This document shows, piece by piece, positions 52,258 through 64,000 of a DNA stretch of 64,000 bases. Below the pieces are notes generated by a model. It was not told where the DNA came from. It was given only the letters and a program-made list of their open reading frames with translations, and made no database searches. Positions within the stretch are counted from its first letter, which is position 1; the number at the start of each line of letters is the position of its first letter. The stretch comes from Ylistrum balloti (lineage: Eukaryota). Position numbers and translations under genes: made by a program. Location: assembly GCF_031769215.1 (NCBI RefSeq), contig NW_026782081.1, positions 2,728,001 to 2,792,000 on the forward strand, written 5' to 3'.

Positions 52258-55200
52258 TCATCCGATCACTTGGTCGCCCTCGCCATTGACGCTTCAATGA
52301 AATCAATTAATATGCCTTTTGATAAAAGCAAACAAGAAATCAATATACATATATACATATACAACAGCTATTTCATCCACTAAGTTATTATTATTGTATG
52401 TATGATATTCTTTCCAAATATCTCAAACCATATCTTTCTTTAAGTACAAAATATAGTTTATAATTTAAGAAATGAGCTGCTTCTTTTTCAATGCACATAA
52501 CCGTGCGCGGTACAGTCTGTACTACACGAAATTGAGCAATATCAAAATGTATATATACAATGATATTTTCTTTATATACATCAACAATAGATAGTAGTTA
52601 TAATAACCATGAATATGTATCACTGGTTGTAAATAAATAAGTTCAATATTCTTTTACAAGCTACTATGTTATCGTGTATTTGTTTAGATAGCGCAAATAC
52701 ACGTATATCACATTCATATATGTTTTTTTAATAAATAGATGAATCATCGATTTAAAGTACATGTATGCATAATAAATAACTAAGCTCATTTCGCAAAGGA
52801 AATTATATATACGTCTACAACCTTCATCAGCCCATTGATACGAGAAGTCTCTCCAAAGCACTAGGCAGTTCGCCGATGTTCCTGCATTGGGGTCATTACC
52901 TCCCCAGTCAGTAAAGGCAAGCTTGTCCCCATTTGAAGTCCAACGCCATACATTCTCTACCTCTAAATCGGTTCCATCTATCCAATACCCCACTAAAGTA
53001 TGAAATCGTAAGTGTAACAACATAATTTATGTATTTCCGAACAAAAAATTATATATCTACACTATGTTACTCTGCTTCTTTGGATCGTTACCGTAAGACC
53101 TCTTTCGTGACTGTTTTTATTCTCCTTTTGATTCTGACACGGCGTTGAAATCTTAACTGTGCTCATAAGTAGTTTTTTCCTACATATACTTGTGTATTTG
53201 TGAAACGCAAAAGAGTAGGATGATGTTTTATCTAGTCGTAAAACACTTATCTCAGTCGTGTTTACCACATCCTTCTTTATTTTGTACAATTTCATATTTT
53301 GGCTGTGGCTAAAAATTGAGCGCAATGAATATATTTCAAAGACTACTGGACTGGCGTGTGAAGAGTGTCAAACCTTTCTCTTATAAATAACTGAACAGCT
53401 AAACAAATCTGATGCGCACTTTTTTGTTTTGTTTGTTTTATTTAATCATAAAATTATGTAAGCTTTGTAATATGCAATACGTTTACTCGAAAACTTCGGT
53501 ATATCGGATCAATCTCAAATTGTAATAATCTTTGACAGATAAATTATTATTCGGTAATGTCAACACTGTTAGATATAATTCCGGTGTGGTGACAACAACT
53601 TTCGTTTTATAGAAATGTAAACTCTGCCTCTTACCAATGTATTTTGTGCATTAAGTATCAAAGCGACAAGAGGGATTTGGAATTGTCATTGATTCACATC
53701 TGCTGGCCTATATTAATGGAATAATGAAGAAAACAACCTGCATTAAAACGATGTGCCTCCGCCTTCAAGAAGGTATTCTCAGCAGTGGACTCAAGAATGG
53801 CAAGATGGCTGTGCAGATCCGTACACATAATCTGAAATGTATAGTTTGGCGGAACATATCCAAACAAATAATCTGGAATATTAAGTTGGCCGACCAGATC
53901 CGTATAAATAATCTGGAATATTTAGTTGTCCGACCAGATCCATATAAATAATCTTAAATATATAGTTGGCCGACCAGATCCGTACAAATAATCTGGAATA
54001 TTTAGTTGTCCGACCAGATCCGTATAAATAATCTGGAATATTTAGTTGTCCGACCAGATCCATATAAATAATCTTAAATATATAGTTGGCCGACCAGATC
54101 CGTACAAATAATCTGGAATATTTAGCTTGGCCGATCAGATCCGTATAAATAATCTGGATATTTAACGTAGCCGACCAGATCCGTATAAATAATCTGGAAT
54201 ATTTAGTTGGCCGAGCAGACCCGTACAAATAATCTGAAATATTTTGTTTGGCCGAGCAAATACTTATAATTAATTTTAAATATTTAGCTTAGCCTAGCAG
54301 ATCCGTACAAATAATCTGGATTATTTAGTTTGGCCGAGCAGATCCTTATAATTGATTTTAAATATTTGGTTTAGCCAGGCAGATCCGTACAAATTATCTG
54401 AAATATTTAGTATGGCCGAGCAGATCCGTATAGATAATCTGAAATATTAAGTTGACAGAGCAGATCCGTACAAATTATCTGAAAGGTATAGTTGGTCGTG
54501 CAGATCCGTACAAATATGTTTTGTTCCAAAAACAATCTCTCACCATTGTATGTCTCAACAACAGCTTCACACGCAATTAAATTAGGCAATTCAATTATAT
54601 TTAGAACCATGGTGAGCATACATTAGCGGTCAAAAAACATATAAATCAACATTAAGAGTCACACTGAAGTTATGTGATACAATGGACTTTTCCGACTTGT
54701 ATCTGTTGGGTGAGGTAATTTAATAACACTAAATGTTTATTCATTAATTTCTAATAGTTTTCTTCTCTTCTTCAATTAAATATTATATTTTTACTTAAAG
54801 AATTATACTAAAAGGTTGAAAAATGAAATCAAATGGAATTATATGAGAAATAGATTTAAGTAGTTGTCTCCCCTACTTCAGCATTCTGATTTATTTATGT
54901 TTGTATATGTTCAAGTGTCTAATTTTGTATGCCTATGTTTGTACCACTGTTTGTTACCATATTTGGAGAGGGCTTAAATAGGCTATGACGGCTGCCCAAT
55001 CCATTTGTCAATTTGACAATAAAATTTGTTGAAATTGAGTCACAGGGAAGTTGCTCGCAGTAGTTGTAAAGCTAGCCTAAGTAAACACTGGATGAATGGA
55101 TACATGCATACATCCCTAATGCTGCATATGTGTAACGCCATCGGGTGTGAAACAGTTCAGTCAAAATGGTTTTCACAAATTGTCACTATCCGAACTCAAA

Positions 55201-57680
55201 TTAATAGGAAATAAGAAAATAGAAACTGTTAGAAAAAAACTTATGAAAGACTTCGTTATCCAATGAGAAAATGCGAATTTTCTTTCACATATAAGCATGT
55301 GTAGCCGGTAAAATATTAAAACGGTGAACGATGACAGAATCTTGACAGGGAAGCAGTGATAACAAAGGTTATAGTGTTTAACGACATCTGGTCTTTTTTA
55401 ATTATCAATGAATCACATACCGATGCTTCAGCCCAAGTTTCTGCGTCCTTCGAGAAAAAGTAGCAAGAATTTTCAAATCGTACCCATCCGTTTCTGCAAC
55501 CAGTTGCTGAAGATAAAACACGTTTTAAAGGTACAATCTAAATATGCATTTCAAAATTCAGCATTTTCATTAAATTTTACGACATATAATGAAAAAGTAC
55601 ATATAAATTATCTACACTTTTTTGTCAGAATTTTATGTTGTTGATTTACTGATATATATTATTGCGCCTGCACTACATTACGATAGCCGATTAGTACACA
55701 TTAGATTGAAAAAAGCTCGTTATTTCGGCTTACGTCATCTTGGTATTATGAATTAAATTGATTGGTGATTACGAGCTACACTATCTCGCTATTACGAGCC
55801 ATGTCGTATCGTTATTACGGTTTAAGATATCTCGTTACAAAGAGTAAAGTGATCTTGTCATTAAAGCTGTAGCTATTTCGTTATATTAACATACGTCATG
55901 TGTTTTTGCTGTGATTTCATTATAGATTCTTAATTTCCAGTGTCATGATAAGACTATTGGATAATAGTATATAAATATATAAAGGAAATACATTATATCA
56001 CAATATAATGACATACATTAACACAGTATATTTCAATACAATAACTTACTAATGCATATTCAATACTACGCTGTGCGTTATGGGCTAAACCAAATTACTA
56101 TATCAGATAGAAATATAAAGGAAAACATATTTTTGTAATATGATATTTGAAATATAATCAATGTCTTTAGTTACATCAACTCAATTTCACTATTGAGGCT
56201 GGAATTTTTAAATATCTCCTGACTGCATATTCTGTTTATTATATCAAAAAACTACCACGGATTGCAAAGCGACAACCCATATGTGAATATATGCATATGT
56301 TTATACTTTAAATACTTTTAATAAAGTACGCCAAAATTTCTATCAAGACCTTTGTTATTTGGGAAACGTCTCTACATATCAACTCAATCACAGCATGTGT
56401 TTGATGTTTTGAAACACCGAATCTACAATGGTTGGATGTATAATAATGTAGAAAATGAAGAACGGTTTTTATCACTTATACTGAACTTTTTACTTTCACT
56501 TTCAGATGTTGTCTAATTCAAATTTTAAATTTATATATATATATATATTGTTCTGGCAGAAGACTTATATAGGCTCTAGCCCGCTGTCTAATCATATTGA
56601 TTATTTTTATCAAAAAAATATTCTGAAATCAAAAATGTTGTGACGCAGTAAGGATCAAGAGTGCAGAGCCCGTATATTACCGTGAAATAACTAATAAAAC
56701 AGAACTCCATTTACACATGTGTGCATACTTATTGGACAAACTATCAATATGAGTCATTTACTTATGATCACTTTTACTTTGGTCCTTCAACTGCCTTGGT
56801 AACGGTAAAGCTAGATGAATTCGTAATAACGCAGTAACTTGACTTTTAGCAACGAGATAATGCAACTCTTAATTACGAGATCATAAAGTCGTAACAATGA
56901 TATTGCACAACTTTTTATAACGAGATGACGCAAGTAGTATTAACTGGATTTCTTTTTTGAGTTAAGATATGGTACTTATCGGCGTTTTTAATTTTCAATG
57001 ATTTAATCTGTATCGAGGTTTAGGTCCCCAACGAGTATTTAACCAATCTTCGACGACCTTTTTAAATAATTCTTTTGTAAGAACTTTACTTTTTATCCCA
57101 TTTGGGACAGCATCATGTCCCCATTCTTAGAGGATTGATCACCGTCCTTCTTCATTTTCCAAGAAAGGTGGACAACGGCTGTATTGTTGTAATAAGGAAA
57201 TGACGTGACTCGTAATAACGATAATAATGTATATTTGTAAAGTATATTTTAGCATATATTGTAAGAAATGCATTAAAATTAAAGAGGTAATATACAGAGG
57301 ACGAAAGCATAAAGCGGACCAGGTCGACAATACCATTGTCAAGTAAAGTGGTAAAATCTCACAACAGGCTAATGGAAACAAACTTTGACTCTCTTTGTTG
57401 ACATGAGTTCATCTAAACGAGTATCAAAGATCTTAAAGAAAATCTTCAATTCACCTACAAATCATTTGATGACGACATGTCATTGAATAATAAAATAGTT
57501 ATGAATTATGTTTATCTTTAATACCAACCAGAATATCAAATTAACGACAAGACACACTGTTCTTTATCATCCACTTAAAATTATTCTTTCATTGCAAGAT
57601 TTTCTGTACTTACCTTGTATTGCGGCTGGTTGTAATGTCAAGCAATAACAAAAGACCACCGTATTCCATAAGACCTTCAT
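52258..57680 (-). CDS. Secreted C-type lectin L5 (162 aa, DPN loop; exon-4 donor mutated)
   Basis: Exons: 57680-57614 (MKVLWNTVVFCYCLTLQPAAIQ), 55506-55421 (CRNGWVRFENSCYFFS..TWAEAS), 53831-53738 (IMCTDLHSHLAILE), 52992-52785 (WGGNDPNAGTSANC..WADEGC) and 52291-52258 (VNGEGDQVIG*). The exon-4 donor reads CT instead of GT. Confidence 0.82.
53814..54514. repeat. 40-41 bp minisatellite (~18 units) overlapping the L5 exon-3 acceptor
   Basis: Unit gcagatccgtacaaataatctggaatatttagttggccga; the central part has a 120-bp higher-order period (53941-54000 is identical to 54061-54120). Confidence 0.95.
54656..55044 (+). mobile_element. L5-specific ~380-bp segment flanked by an 8-bp direct repeat; possible truncated retroelement 3' end
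   Basis: GAGTCACA occurs at 54656-54663 and 55037-55044. L6 has a single copy and no insert. The insert ends in caataaaatttgttgaaatt. Confidence 0.5.
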
Positions 57681-58870
57681 GATGGAAGAAACCTTTTCCT
57701 ACTGCAGTTTACACAGATAATATTTACACCAATACGTACACAACAAATGCCTTGAGAAATGACATATGTGAAAGCCAACGCACGAATACACAAAACCTGA
57801 CACACATGAAAGATAAGAAATAATAGTGATACAAAAAAAGTGCCACATTTTAATAAAATAAAAAGCAACAGATTTTCAATTCAATCTCAAATTCGAGAAA
57901 ACGAGGATAAGATACGATCAAAATATCTTTAACAAAAACTCTTGATATGATATGAATGGTTGCTAATTTATATATTTTTTTTCAATTGAATTTGTTTCTT
58001 AGTTAAGTATTTATAAGGTAAGAAAGCTACATTAAAGTACTATCATGAGAACGTCATCATAATCCAACCTCATATTCAATAAAACTAAGGTAAAATATGA
58101 AAAAAAAAGAAAACGAACACAAGACACTTTAGAAAAAAAACGAAAAGTGTAGTCAGCGTCTTCTTCTTTATCGATGACAAATACAATAAAAATATTTTTC
58201 AATCCAAGCAAATTATGTTACGTGCCTAAATAAGAATACGGTACAATGAAAATAACGGTATCACCAAGTTCAGTAACGAGCGCAAAATACGTCCAATTTC
58301 ATATCACGCGAGAAAGTACAACATTCCTAACAAGCTCTTTAGAGCAACCATAAAGCTTTCCAGTATTATATGTCCAACTGAATCTACAGAAATTCTGTAT
58401 CGTTGTTCGTTTGATAGCGAGTTGCCGATATCTTGCAAGGACTTCGTGATGCTGGGAAAATATTTTCAAAAGATACGCAAGTAAATAGCATCTTTAATAG
58501 GAATTTAGAGTAGAGCCACACAATGAATTAAACTGTACCACATAATCTAGATTTAGAAGCCTAGGAGAGGACTGAGGAAAATTCGCAGGATCAAAACAAT
58601 TGCCTTAATCTAGATGTCATGGTGCATTAGCCCAATAACTTAATAATTACTTAATTTTCATGTATCTGACAATTTTAGAAGAACGCAAAGCATATTGTCT
58701 ATTCTGAACCGTGGTACTATACGAATAAATTGATACGCGACATGCAAGTTACGGCAAATACCAGGAGACTTATTATTCACGAGCGGAGTGCAAGGCCAGC
58801 AATGTCGAAGATTGCACAAAAATACACACAGTTGAATAGTATCTAATAATCAGATAAAATAAGATACGGT

Positions 58871-59105
58871 NNNNNNNNNNNNNNNNNNNNNNNNNNNNNN
58901 NNNNNNNNNNNNNNNNNNNNNNNNNNNNNNNNNNNNNNNNNNNNNNNNNNNNNNNNNNNNNNNNNNNNNNNNNNNNNNNNNNNNNNNNNNNNNNNNNNNN
59001 NNNNNNNNNNNNNNNNNNNNNNNNNNNNNNNNNNNNNNNNNNNNNNNNNNNNNNNNNNNNNNNNNNNNNNNNNNNNNNNNNNNNNNNNNNNNNNNNNNNN
59101 NNNNN
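58871..59105. other. Assembly gap (235 N) between the L5 and L6 units
   Basis: Run of n. Confidence 1.
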
Positions 59106-59216
59106 CTGAATGCATTGTTTGTGTTTTGGTTTATTTAAAAATATCGTAAAATTCGGTGTTCATACGTATTAATCAAGACTCATTTCCTGATCACTTTGTA
59201 ACGAACGAATATTCCA

Positions 59217-62200
59217 TCATCCGATCACTTGGTCGCCCTCGCCATTGACGCTTAAATGAAATCAATTAATATGCCGTTTGATAAAAGCCAACAAGAAATC
59301 AATATACATATACAACAGCTATTTCATACACTAAGTTATTATTATTGCATGTATGATATTCTATCCATATATCTCAAGCCATAACTTTCTTTAAGTACAA
59401 AATATAGTTTAGAATTTAAGAAATGAGCTGCTTCTTTTTCAATGCACATAATCGTGCGCTGTAAAGTCTGTACTACACGAAATTGAGCAATATCAAAATG
59501 TATATATACAATAATATTTCCTTTACATACATCAACAATAGATAGTAGTTATAATAACCATGAATATGTATCACTGGTTGTAAATTAATAAGTTCAATAT
59601 TCTTTTACAAGCTACTATGTTATCGTGTATTTGTTTAGATAGCGCAGATACACGTATATCACATTCATATATGCTTTTTTTAATAAATAGATGAATCATC
59701 GATTTAAAGTACATGTATACAATATAAATAACTAACCTCATTTCGCAAAGGAAGTTATATATACGTCTACAACCTTCATCGGCCCATTGATACGAGAAGT
59801 CTCTCCAAAGCACTAGGCAGTTCGCCGTTGTTCCTTGATTGGGTTGAGAACTTCCCCAGTCAGTAAAGTCAAGCTTGTCCCCATTTGAAGTCCAACGCCA
59901 TACATTCTCTATCTCTAAATCGGTTCCATCTATCCAATATCCCACTAAAGTATGAAATCGTAAGTGTAACAACATAATTTATGTATTTCCGAACAAAAAA
60001 TTATATATCTACAATATGTTAATCTGCTTCTTTGGATCGTTACCGTAAGACCTCTTTCGTGACTGTTTTTATTCCCCTATTGATTCTGACACGGCGTTGA
60101 AATCTTAACTGTGCTCATTAGTAGATTTTTCTACATATACTTGTATATTGTGAAACGCAAAAGAGTAGGATGATGTTTTATCTAGTCGTTAAACGCTCAT
60201 CTCAGTCGTGTTTACCACATCCTTCTTTATTTTGTACAATTTCATATTTTGGCTGTGGCTATAAATTGAGCGCAATGAATATATTTCAAAGACTACTGGA
60301 CTGGCGTGTGAAGAGTGTCAAACCTTTCTCTTATAAATAACTGAACAGCTAAACAAATCTGATGCGCACTTTTTTGTTTTGTTTGTTTTATTTAATCATA
60401 AAATTATGTAAGCTTTGTAATATGCAATACGTTTACTCGAAAACTTCGGTATATCGGATCAATTAAATCTCAAATTGTAATAATCTTTGTCAGATAAATT
60501 ATTATTCGGTAATGTCAACACTGTTAGATATAATGCCTGTGTGGTGACAACAACTTTCGTTTTATAGAAATGTAAACTCTGCCTCTTACCAATGTATTTT
60601 GTGCATTTAGTATGAAAGCGACAAGAGGGATTTGGAATTGTCATTGATTCACATCTGCTGGCCTTTATTAATGGAATAATGAAAAACAACCTGCATTTAA
60701 ACGACGTGCCTCCGCCTTCAAGAAGGTATTCTCAGCAGTGGACTCAAGAATGGCAAGATGGCTGTGCAGATCCGTACACATAATCTGAAATGTATAGTTT
60801 GGCGGAACATATCCAAACAAACAATCTGAAATATATAGTTGTCCGAACAGATCCGTACAAATAATCTGGAAAATTTAGTTGGCCGAGCAGATCCGTACAA
60901 ATAATCTGAAAGAAATAGTTTGGCAGTGCAGCTCCCTTACAAATAATCTGAAATGTTGATTGGCCGATCAGCTCCGTACAAATAATCTGAAATAGATGTT
61001 TTGGCAGTGCAGCTCCCTTACAAATGATCTGAAACGTTGATTGGCCTAGCAGATCCGTACACATAATCTGAAATGTATAGTTGGCCGTGCAGATCCAAAC
61101 AAATATGTTTTGTTCCAAAAACAATCCTATCTCTCACCATTGCATGTCTCAACAGCAATTTAGAAAAATGATGAGCATACATTAGCGGTCAAAAAACATA
61201 TAAAACACAACACTTTATAGAGTCACAGGGAAGTTGTTCGCAGTAGTTGTAAAGATAGCCTAAGTAAAAACTGGATGAATGGATACATTCATACATCCCT
61301 AATGCTGCATATGTGCAACGCCATCGGATGTGAAACAGTTCAGTCAAAATGGTTTTCACAAATTGTCACTATCCGAACTCAAATTAATAGGAAATAAGAA
61401 AGTAGAAACTGTTAGGAAAAAACTTATGAAAGACTTCGTTATCCAATGAGAAACGGCGAATTTTCCTTAACATATAAGCATGTGTACCCGGTAAAATATC
61501 TAAACGGTGAACGATAACAGAATTTTGACAGGGAAGCAGTGATAACAAAGGTTATAGTGTTTAACGACATTTGGTCTTTTTTAATTATCAATGAATCACA
61601 TACCGATGCTTCTGCCCAAGTTTCTGCGTCCTTCGAGAAAAAGTAGCACGAATTTTCAAATCGTACCCATCCGTTTCTGCAACCAGTTGCTGAAGATAAA
61701 ACACGTTTTAAAGGTACAATCTAAATATGCATTTCAAAATTCAGCATTTTCATCAAATTTTACGACATATATTGAAAAAGTACATATAAATTATCTACAC
61801 TTTTTTGTCAGAATTTTATGTTGTTGATTTACTGATAAATATTATTGCGCCTGCACTACATTACGATGGCCGATTAGTACACATTGGATTGAAAAAAAGC
61901 TCGTTATTCCGGCTTACGTCATTTTGGTATTATGAATTAAATTGATTGGTGATTACGAGCTACACTATCTCGCTATTACGAGCCATGTTGTATCGTTATT
62001 ACGGTTTAAGATATCTCGTTACAAAGAGTAAAGTGATCTCGTCATTAAAGCTGTAGCTATTTCGTTATATTAACATACGTCATCATGCGTTTTTGCTGTG
62101 ATTTCATTATAGATTCTTAATTTCCAGTGCCATGATAAGACTATTGGATAATAGAGGAAACAGAATGATACATATACAATGTTACACACCATAAATGTAC

Positions 62201-63925
62201 AACGAATACAATATAATCATACAATGTATATAAATGAAATACATTATATCACAATAACATGACATACATTAACACAGTATATTTTAAAACAATAACTTAC
62301 TAATGCATATTCAAAACTACGCTGTGCGTTATGGGCTAAACCAAATTACTATATCAGACAGAAATATAAAGGAAAACATATTTTTGTAATATGAAATTTG
62401 AAATATAATCAATGTCTTTAGTTACATCAACTCAATTTCACTATTGAGGCTGGAATTTTAAAATATCTCTTGACTGTATATTCTGTTTATAATATTAAAA
62501 AAAACTACCACGGATTACAAAGCGACAACCCATATGTGAATATGTTTATACTTTAAATACTTTTGATAAAGTACGCTAAAATTTCTATCAAGACCTTTGT
62601 TATTTTGGAAACGTCTCTTCATATCAACTCAATCACAGCATGTGTTTGATATTTTGAAACTCCGAATCTACAATGGTTGGATGTATAATAATGTAGAAAA
62701 TGAAGAACGGTTTTTACCACTTATACTGAACTTTTTATTTTCACTTTCAGATGCTGTCTAATTCAAATTTTAAAATTTGATATATATATATTGTTCTGGC
62801 AGAAGACTTATATAGGCTCTAGACCGCTGTCTAATCATATTGATTATTTTTATCAAAAAAATATTCTGAAATCAAAAATGTGACGCAGTAAGGAACAAGA
62901 GTGCAGAGCCCGTATATTACCGTGAAATGACTGATAAAACAGAACTCCATTTACATATGTGTGCATACTTATTGGACAAGCTATCAAGAGGAGTCATTTA
63001 CATATGAACACTTTTACTTTGGTCCTTCGACTGCCTTGGTAACGGTAAAGCTAGCTTATTCGTAATAACGAAGTAACTTGACTTTTAACAACGAGATAAT
63101 GCAACTCTTAATTACGAGATCATGAAGTCGTAATAATGATATTGCACAACCATTTATAACGAGATGATGCAAGTAATACTTATTAGATTTCTTTTTATTG
63201 AATTAACATATGGTACCTATCGGCGTTTTTAATTTTCAATTATTTAATCTGTATCGAGGTTTAGGTCCTCAACGAGTATTTAACCAACCTTCGACGACCT
63301 TTTTAAATAATTCTTTTGTAAGAACTTTATTTTTATCCCATTTGGGACAGCAACATGTCCCCATTCTTAGAGGATAGATCGCCGTCCTTCTTCATTTTCC
63401 AAGAAAGGTGGACAACGGCTGTATTGTTGTAATAAGGAAATGACGTGACTCGTAATAACGATAATAATGTATAATTGTAAAGTATATTTTAGCATATATT
63501 GTAAAAAGAAATGCATTGAAATTAAAGAGGTAATATACAGAGGACGAAAGCATAAAGCGGACCAGGTCGACAATATCATTGTCAAGTTAAGTGGTAAAAT
63601 CTCACAACAGGCTAATGGAAACAAACTTTGAACCTATCTTGGTTGACATGAGTTCATCTAAACGAGTATCAAAGATCTTACAGAAAATCTTCAATTCACC
63701 TATAAATCATTTGATGACGACATGTCATTAAATAATAAAATAGTTATGAATTATGTTTATCTTTAATACCAACCAGAATATCAAATTAACAACAAGACAC
63801 ACTGTTCTTTATCATCCACTTAAAATTATTCTTTCATTGCAAGATTTTCTGTACTTACCTTGTATTGCGGTTGGTTGTAATGTCAAGCAATAACAAAAGA
63901 CCACCGTATTCCATAAGACCTTCAT
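59217..63925 (-). CDS. Secreted C-type lectin L6 (162 aa, QPN loop; near-identical paralog of L5)
   Basis: Exons 63925-63859, 61689-61604, 60784-60691, 59944-59737 (WGSSQPNQGTTANC..WADEGC) and 59250-59217; all junctions canonical. Confidence 0.9.
60766..61104. repeat. 40-41 bp minisatellite (~9 units) overlapping the L6 exon-3 acceptor
   Basis: Same unit as 53814-54514, with its own variants (ggcagtgcagctcccttacaaat). Confidence 0.93.
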
Positions 63926-64000
63926 GATGGAAGAAACCTTTTCCTACTGCAGTTTACACAGATAATATTTACACCAATACGTACACAACAAATGCCTTGA

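Larger units (their letters stand above)
52143..57755. repeat. Segmental duplicate copy A (L5 unit), colinear with 59106-64000
   Basis: Introns and exons align along the whole length, roughly 95% by eye, apart from minisatellite copy number and a few indels. Confidence 0.9.
59106..64000. repeat. Segmental duplicate copy B (L6 unit)
   Basis: Colinear with 52143-57755 and runs off the window end. Confidence 0.9.

Noticed and set aside
53881-54228. Long ORFs inside repeats (also 54407-54619, 60744-61124, 37502-37765)
   Set aside because: They are by-products of stop-poor tandem units, not independent genes.
53814-61104. Regular 40-bp (and 103-bp at 37093-37915) repeats superficially like CRISPR arrays
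   Set aside because: There are no unique spacers and no cas genes, the units are head-to-tail, and the context is eukaryotic introns.

Overview
This is AT-rich, intron-containing animal genomic DNA, most likely a bivalve or other lophotrochozoan mollusc (inferred from gene and repeat families), in a draft scaffold with two N gaps. All gene models were built by hand from GT-AG junctions and reading phase; no database searches were run. From left to right the window holds: (1) a tail-to-tail pair of related type-I membrane receptors. R1 (+, <=1014-2854, 5' end unresolved) has a degenerate C-type-lectin-like domain (CTLD), stalk, TM helix and a 14-Tyr tail. R2 (-, 18020-6791, ~867 aa) has a signal peptide, 2 SRCR domains, five 6-Cys EB/EGF-like modules, a degenerate CTLD, TM helix and an 11-Tyr tail. 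(2) An arylsulfatase B/I/J-like gene (-, 26485-18756) with an intact CTPTR motif but a frameshift just before its conserved C-terminus. (3) Six secreted single-CTLD (perlucin-like) lectin genes L1-L6 (29117-63925), arranged as three paralog pairs (<< >> <<). (4) Mobile DNA: a near-intact Tc1 (DD34E), two I-group LINE fragments, a Penelope-like RT remnant and a Meta/MESC-type SINE. The most interesting signals are the SRCR-EB-CTLD tyrosine-tail receptor pair; a 40-bp minisatellite that is an amplified 3' splice junction of lectin exon 3; purely non-synonymous divergence in the sugar-binding loop of L5/L6; and homogenisation of the sugar-binding exon between L3 and L4.
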